From assembly GCA_002269645.1 (NCBI GenBank), contig NIVC01004384.1, positions 1 through 47,885 of the forward strand: a stretch of DNA of 47,885 bases, written 5' to 3'. This document shows positions 44,986-47,885 of the stretch, one piece after another; position 1 is the first letter of the stretch, and each line of letters begins with the position of its first letter. Made by a program: the position numbers and the translations under genes. The DNA is from Macrostomum lignano (taxonomy: Eukaryota). The notes beneath the pieces are model-generated. The model was not told the DNA's origin, made no database searches, and saw only the letters and a program-made list of their open reading frames with translations.

Positions 44986-47381
44986 CGCAGCTATCAGGAG
45001 AAGATAAATTTTTAAAAAAGGCCAGCTAAATTCTACAGCAAAGTCTATAAATTCCCAACTTAGAAATCGAATTTTCGCCAGCTCTAATCTTTACAGGCTT
45101 ATATGCTGTTTCGGGCCACTCAATTTAATCCGGGGGGCACTTATTTCGCGTATTTATTTTAAAAGCTCTTACTTTTAAAGAAAAGTAACTTTCCTCCAAC
45201 ATTTGCAGCAGCGTGTTTGTGTGCATCTCTCCAAGTCTCTCGGGCGCCCTCTGATTTTCCCATTAACGCCCTTAAAGCTTGGGTATTAATGTACTATAGC
45301 ATTTCCCGGTCAATTTGGTCCTAGAATCACTCTATTTAATCCGCAATGGAGAATTCCAATTCATTCCGCCGTCACTAAAGATGTCGCCGCTCGTGTATCG
45401 CCGCTCCTATCTATGGCCATTACCATGTTTTCTCACTTCCAGCTAACTTCATTGGTCAATTTTTCCATCAGGATCCGAGTGGGAAGAGGGAATGGGAGTG
45501 TGGGGGCGAAGCCCGCCACTTGCAACCATAGACTATTTTATTTTACGCTCATAGACTCGTTCGTTTTCTAAAATGATATCCCGGTAAATTGCTTTATTGT
45601 CAATTTCAAACAATGATCGGTCATTGCTTGACATGTCATTGTGTTTATACTTTTACCCAGACGCAATAAAAAAATATTTTGGCCATTATTTCACAGTTTT
45701 GATATGTACCATAGACATTTGGATTGAAAAAATCCATCGCTCAGTATTTTTGTTAATAAATACAGAACAACAAGAAGTAAATGAACAAAAAGGAAAAATC
45801 ATGATCATTAAAACTAAAGTACCAGCTACACGAAAAGAGTTAATAATAAATGTCACAGCTAGTGCAGTTTATCAGTTTGTAGTAGAAATTTGACAATGTA
45901 AAAATCAATTTGTCACCCAAATTGAAACATACACAGTTCTCAAAGCCGCAGTTTCCAAAGATGCTCGACACTTTAGCCTGATGATTTGGCACTGCAAAAG
46001 GAGTTGGTCTATGTTGAATGTTTTCTATGAAAGAGAAATACAGGTGCTCAAGTATAGTTGCCGAACTTACCATTTGAAAGATGCACGACTTGGTTAAGTT
46101 GGCATGCGACTGATGAGCTTCGTCTGATGAGCTTCTTTGGTACCGCAGTATCCAAGCTGGGATTCTTTGGGACTGTCGGCTGCTCGACAGAATCGATTGG
46201 CCGCTTTCAGGCATCGTTTATAGCCGTCGAGGCGTTGAGGACTGCATGGTCGCGTTTTCTTCCTAGGTAGCGCCGCACGGTTCGTTCAGTCGTCGACAGG
46301 AAGATTTTTTCAATTAATCAGCGCGGCTGTTTGACGAGATGCACTACAGCCATAGTTGTTTGACAAGACAAATAGCTTTTTCTCCCACTACTCGCTTTCC
46401 TGATTTCTTGCAAGACGCAAGCAAAATCAGCACTCATCACAGTGTTGTCTATGGTCAAACTAAGCCACACAACTCAGTCGTCTATGGGTAAAACAACTCT
46501 TAAAACAGCCAATTGAAGCATGATAAAAAGTGTGGAATAATGACAGCAGCAGAAGTGTGGAATAATGGCCGCAAAAGTGTGGAATCATGACTGAGCGCTG
46601 AGTGAAAGTATAAATACTATACAATCTACCATTGCCTTAACGTAAATTACCATAGACATTTTGAACAATGACGCATTAATGCACGCTAATTGATCTTTTA
46701 TATGGTCTTCTCAACAGTTGGCTATACCAGTCGGCAATTCGATAGATGCACGGCTTGATCTTGCAATAATGCCATAGACACTCGTGCGCTAACGCGCACT
46801 CGTGGTCTAGGCATCGTTACACTCTCAAGCCGTGCACTATCTCTCCATTGGTGAGTAAGCATTAGTGGGTAAACATTGGTGGGTAAGCGTCGGCGGGTGG
46901 GTAACACCCGGTGGGGAAACGACTCGTGAGTAAAGTATCGGCTGGCAAATAGGTACATTCCATGGAACTTAAATGCACTTTAATTGCGTACAAGGAATGA
47001 AAAAATAGGAATTTAAAAGCCGATTATCATAAAACGAGAGAGCAACGAACACTGAGCGAAGACTAGCACGCAGAAGAGTAATTTAACTGGCAAGTGGTTC
47101 GTTATCTTATAGCTGCTCTAAATCTAAGCGCAGTTACTTTAGCAGTCATTCTCCTAGGGCCACTCATAAGGCGGCGACGCACACAGCCACTCTTATGCAG
47201 GGGCCTAAAAGATATTAAAAACTGCATGGGGGCAAGCCAAACGTCTCTAAGCTTAGTATTTCATGACTACAGATAAAAGTGGGATTGACTTAGAGTTAGT
47301 TTAAATATTTAAACTCTCTGTCATACTCTTTTTTAACTCTATTGAAGCTCAATCGATACATCTGAATCTATTCGGAGACCG

Positions 47382-47426
47382 ATGGACATGGAGACAAAAC
47401 TCGTATTCTACGTTAATCAGATAAAG
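47382..47426 (+). CDS. XDH: Exon 1 of a second, tandem XDH-like paralog (gene continues beyond the window)
   Basis: [15 protein letters not shown] followed by GTAAGT; 43/45 nt identical to 26751-26795. The upstream region and intron 1 are also homologous to about 26580-27470. Confidence 0.8.
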
Positions 47427-47494
47427 GTAAGTTTGAATTGACGAATTTCTACGGAATGGGCAAACCCAGGGTTAGTATTAGTAACAATTTTAGT

Positions 47495-47640
47495 GTCAGG
47501 GGCGCCTAATTGAGTGCCACGGGGCGCTTAACTCAGTGTCAGAGGCATTTACGAGCGTAATTGTTAGGGGCGCCTAATTGCCAGAGGGCGCCTAATTAAG
47601 TGTCAGGGGAGATTAATTGGGCGTCAGTGGTGCCAAACTG
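47495..47640. repeat. Degenerate GGCGCCTAATTGA repeat in intron 1 of the second XDH copy
   Basis: Same core as 26868-27042, with fewer and more degenerate copies. Confidence 0.75.
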
Positions 47641-47885
47641 TGTACTGCACGTTTGCACGCTGAGTTCATGAATATTATCGACCCAGAACGTCGCGCTGAA
47701 AATTTTCTTTTTCGTTTTTCTTAGTTTCTAGTGCACTTCTATAGCTTGGGCCTTCAAACTGCAGTGACCCTAGGAGCTGGAAACCATTTTATGTAGTATT
47801 ATCAGCTACTTAAATAAATTAGTCTCTGTGAATACTAAGAAAAAACAAAACAGGCAATATGATAGGTCATAAAACACTACTGTTT

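Noticed and set aside
46110-46135. Hammerhead ribozyme (two CTGATGAG cores)
   Set aside because: There is no correctly placed stem II followed by GAAA; it looks like a short direct duplication.

Overview
Eukaryotic (animal, intron-rich) genomic DNA. GC3-rich exons, short AT-rich GT-AG introns and many minisatellites are compatible with an invertebrate such as a macrostomid flatworm, but that assignment is inference only. Contents from left to right: (1) a foldback-type repeat at 1-520; (2) a small 2-exon minus-strand orphan membrane-protein gene (1037-1499), head-to-head with (3) a complete ~3,980-aa axonemal inner-arm dynein heavy chain gene resembling DNAH12 (2031-20996, 20 exon positions), which has six apparent single-base deletions in its 5' part and a pair of equal-length, same-phase duplicated exons (16558-16698 / 16968-17108) that look mutually exclusive; (4) a decayed non-LTR retrotransposon (about 23.4-26.3 kb); (5) an intact 9-exon, 1,345-aa xanthine dehydrogenase-like gene (26751-33777) with an altered substrate-pocket loop; (6) a nest of transposons: a long-TIR relic, a near-intact full-length APE-RT-RNaseH retrotransposon with an 11-bp TSD inserted into a piggyBac-like ORF, and a second piggyBac relic; (7) the first exon and intron of a second, tandem XDH paralog at the right edge. 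Six tandem-repeat loci are present, several sharing core motifs. No rRNA, tRNA or CRISPR array could be supported. All exon boundaries and alignments were made by eye.
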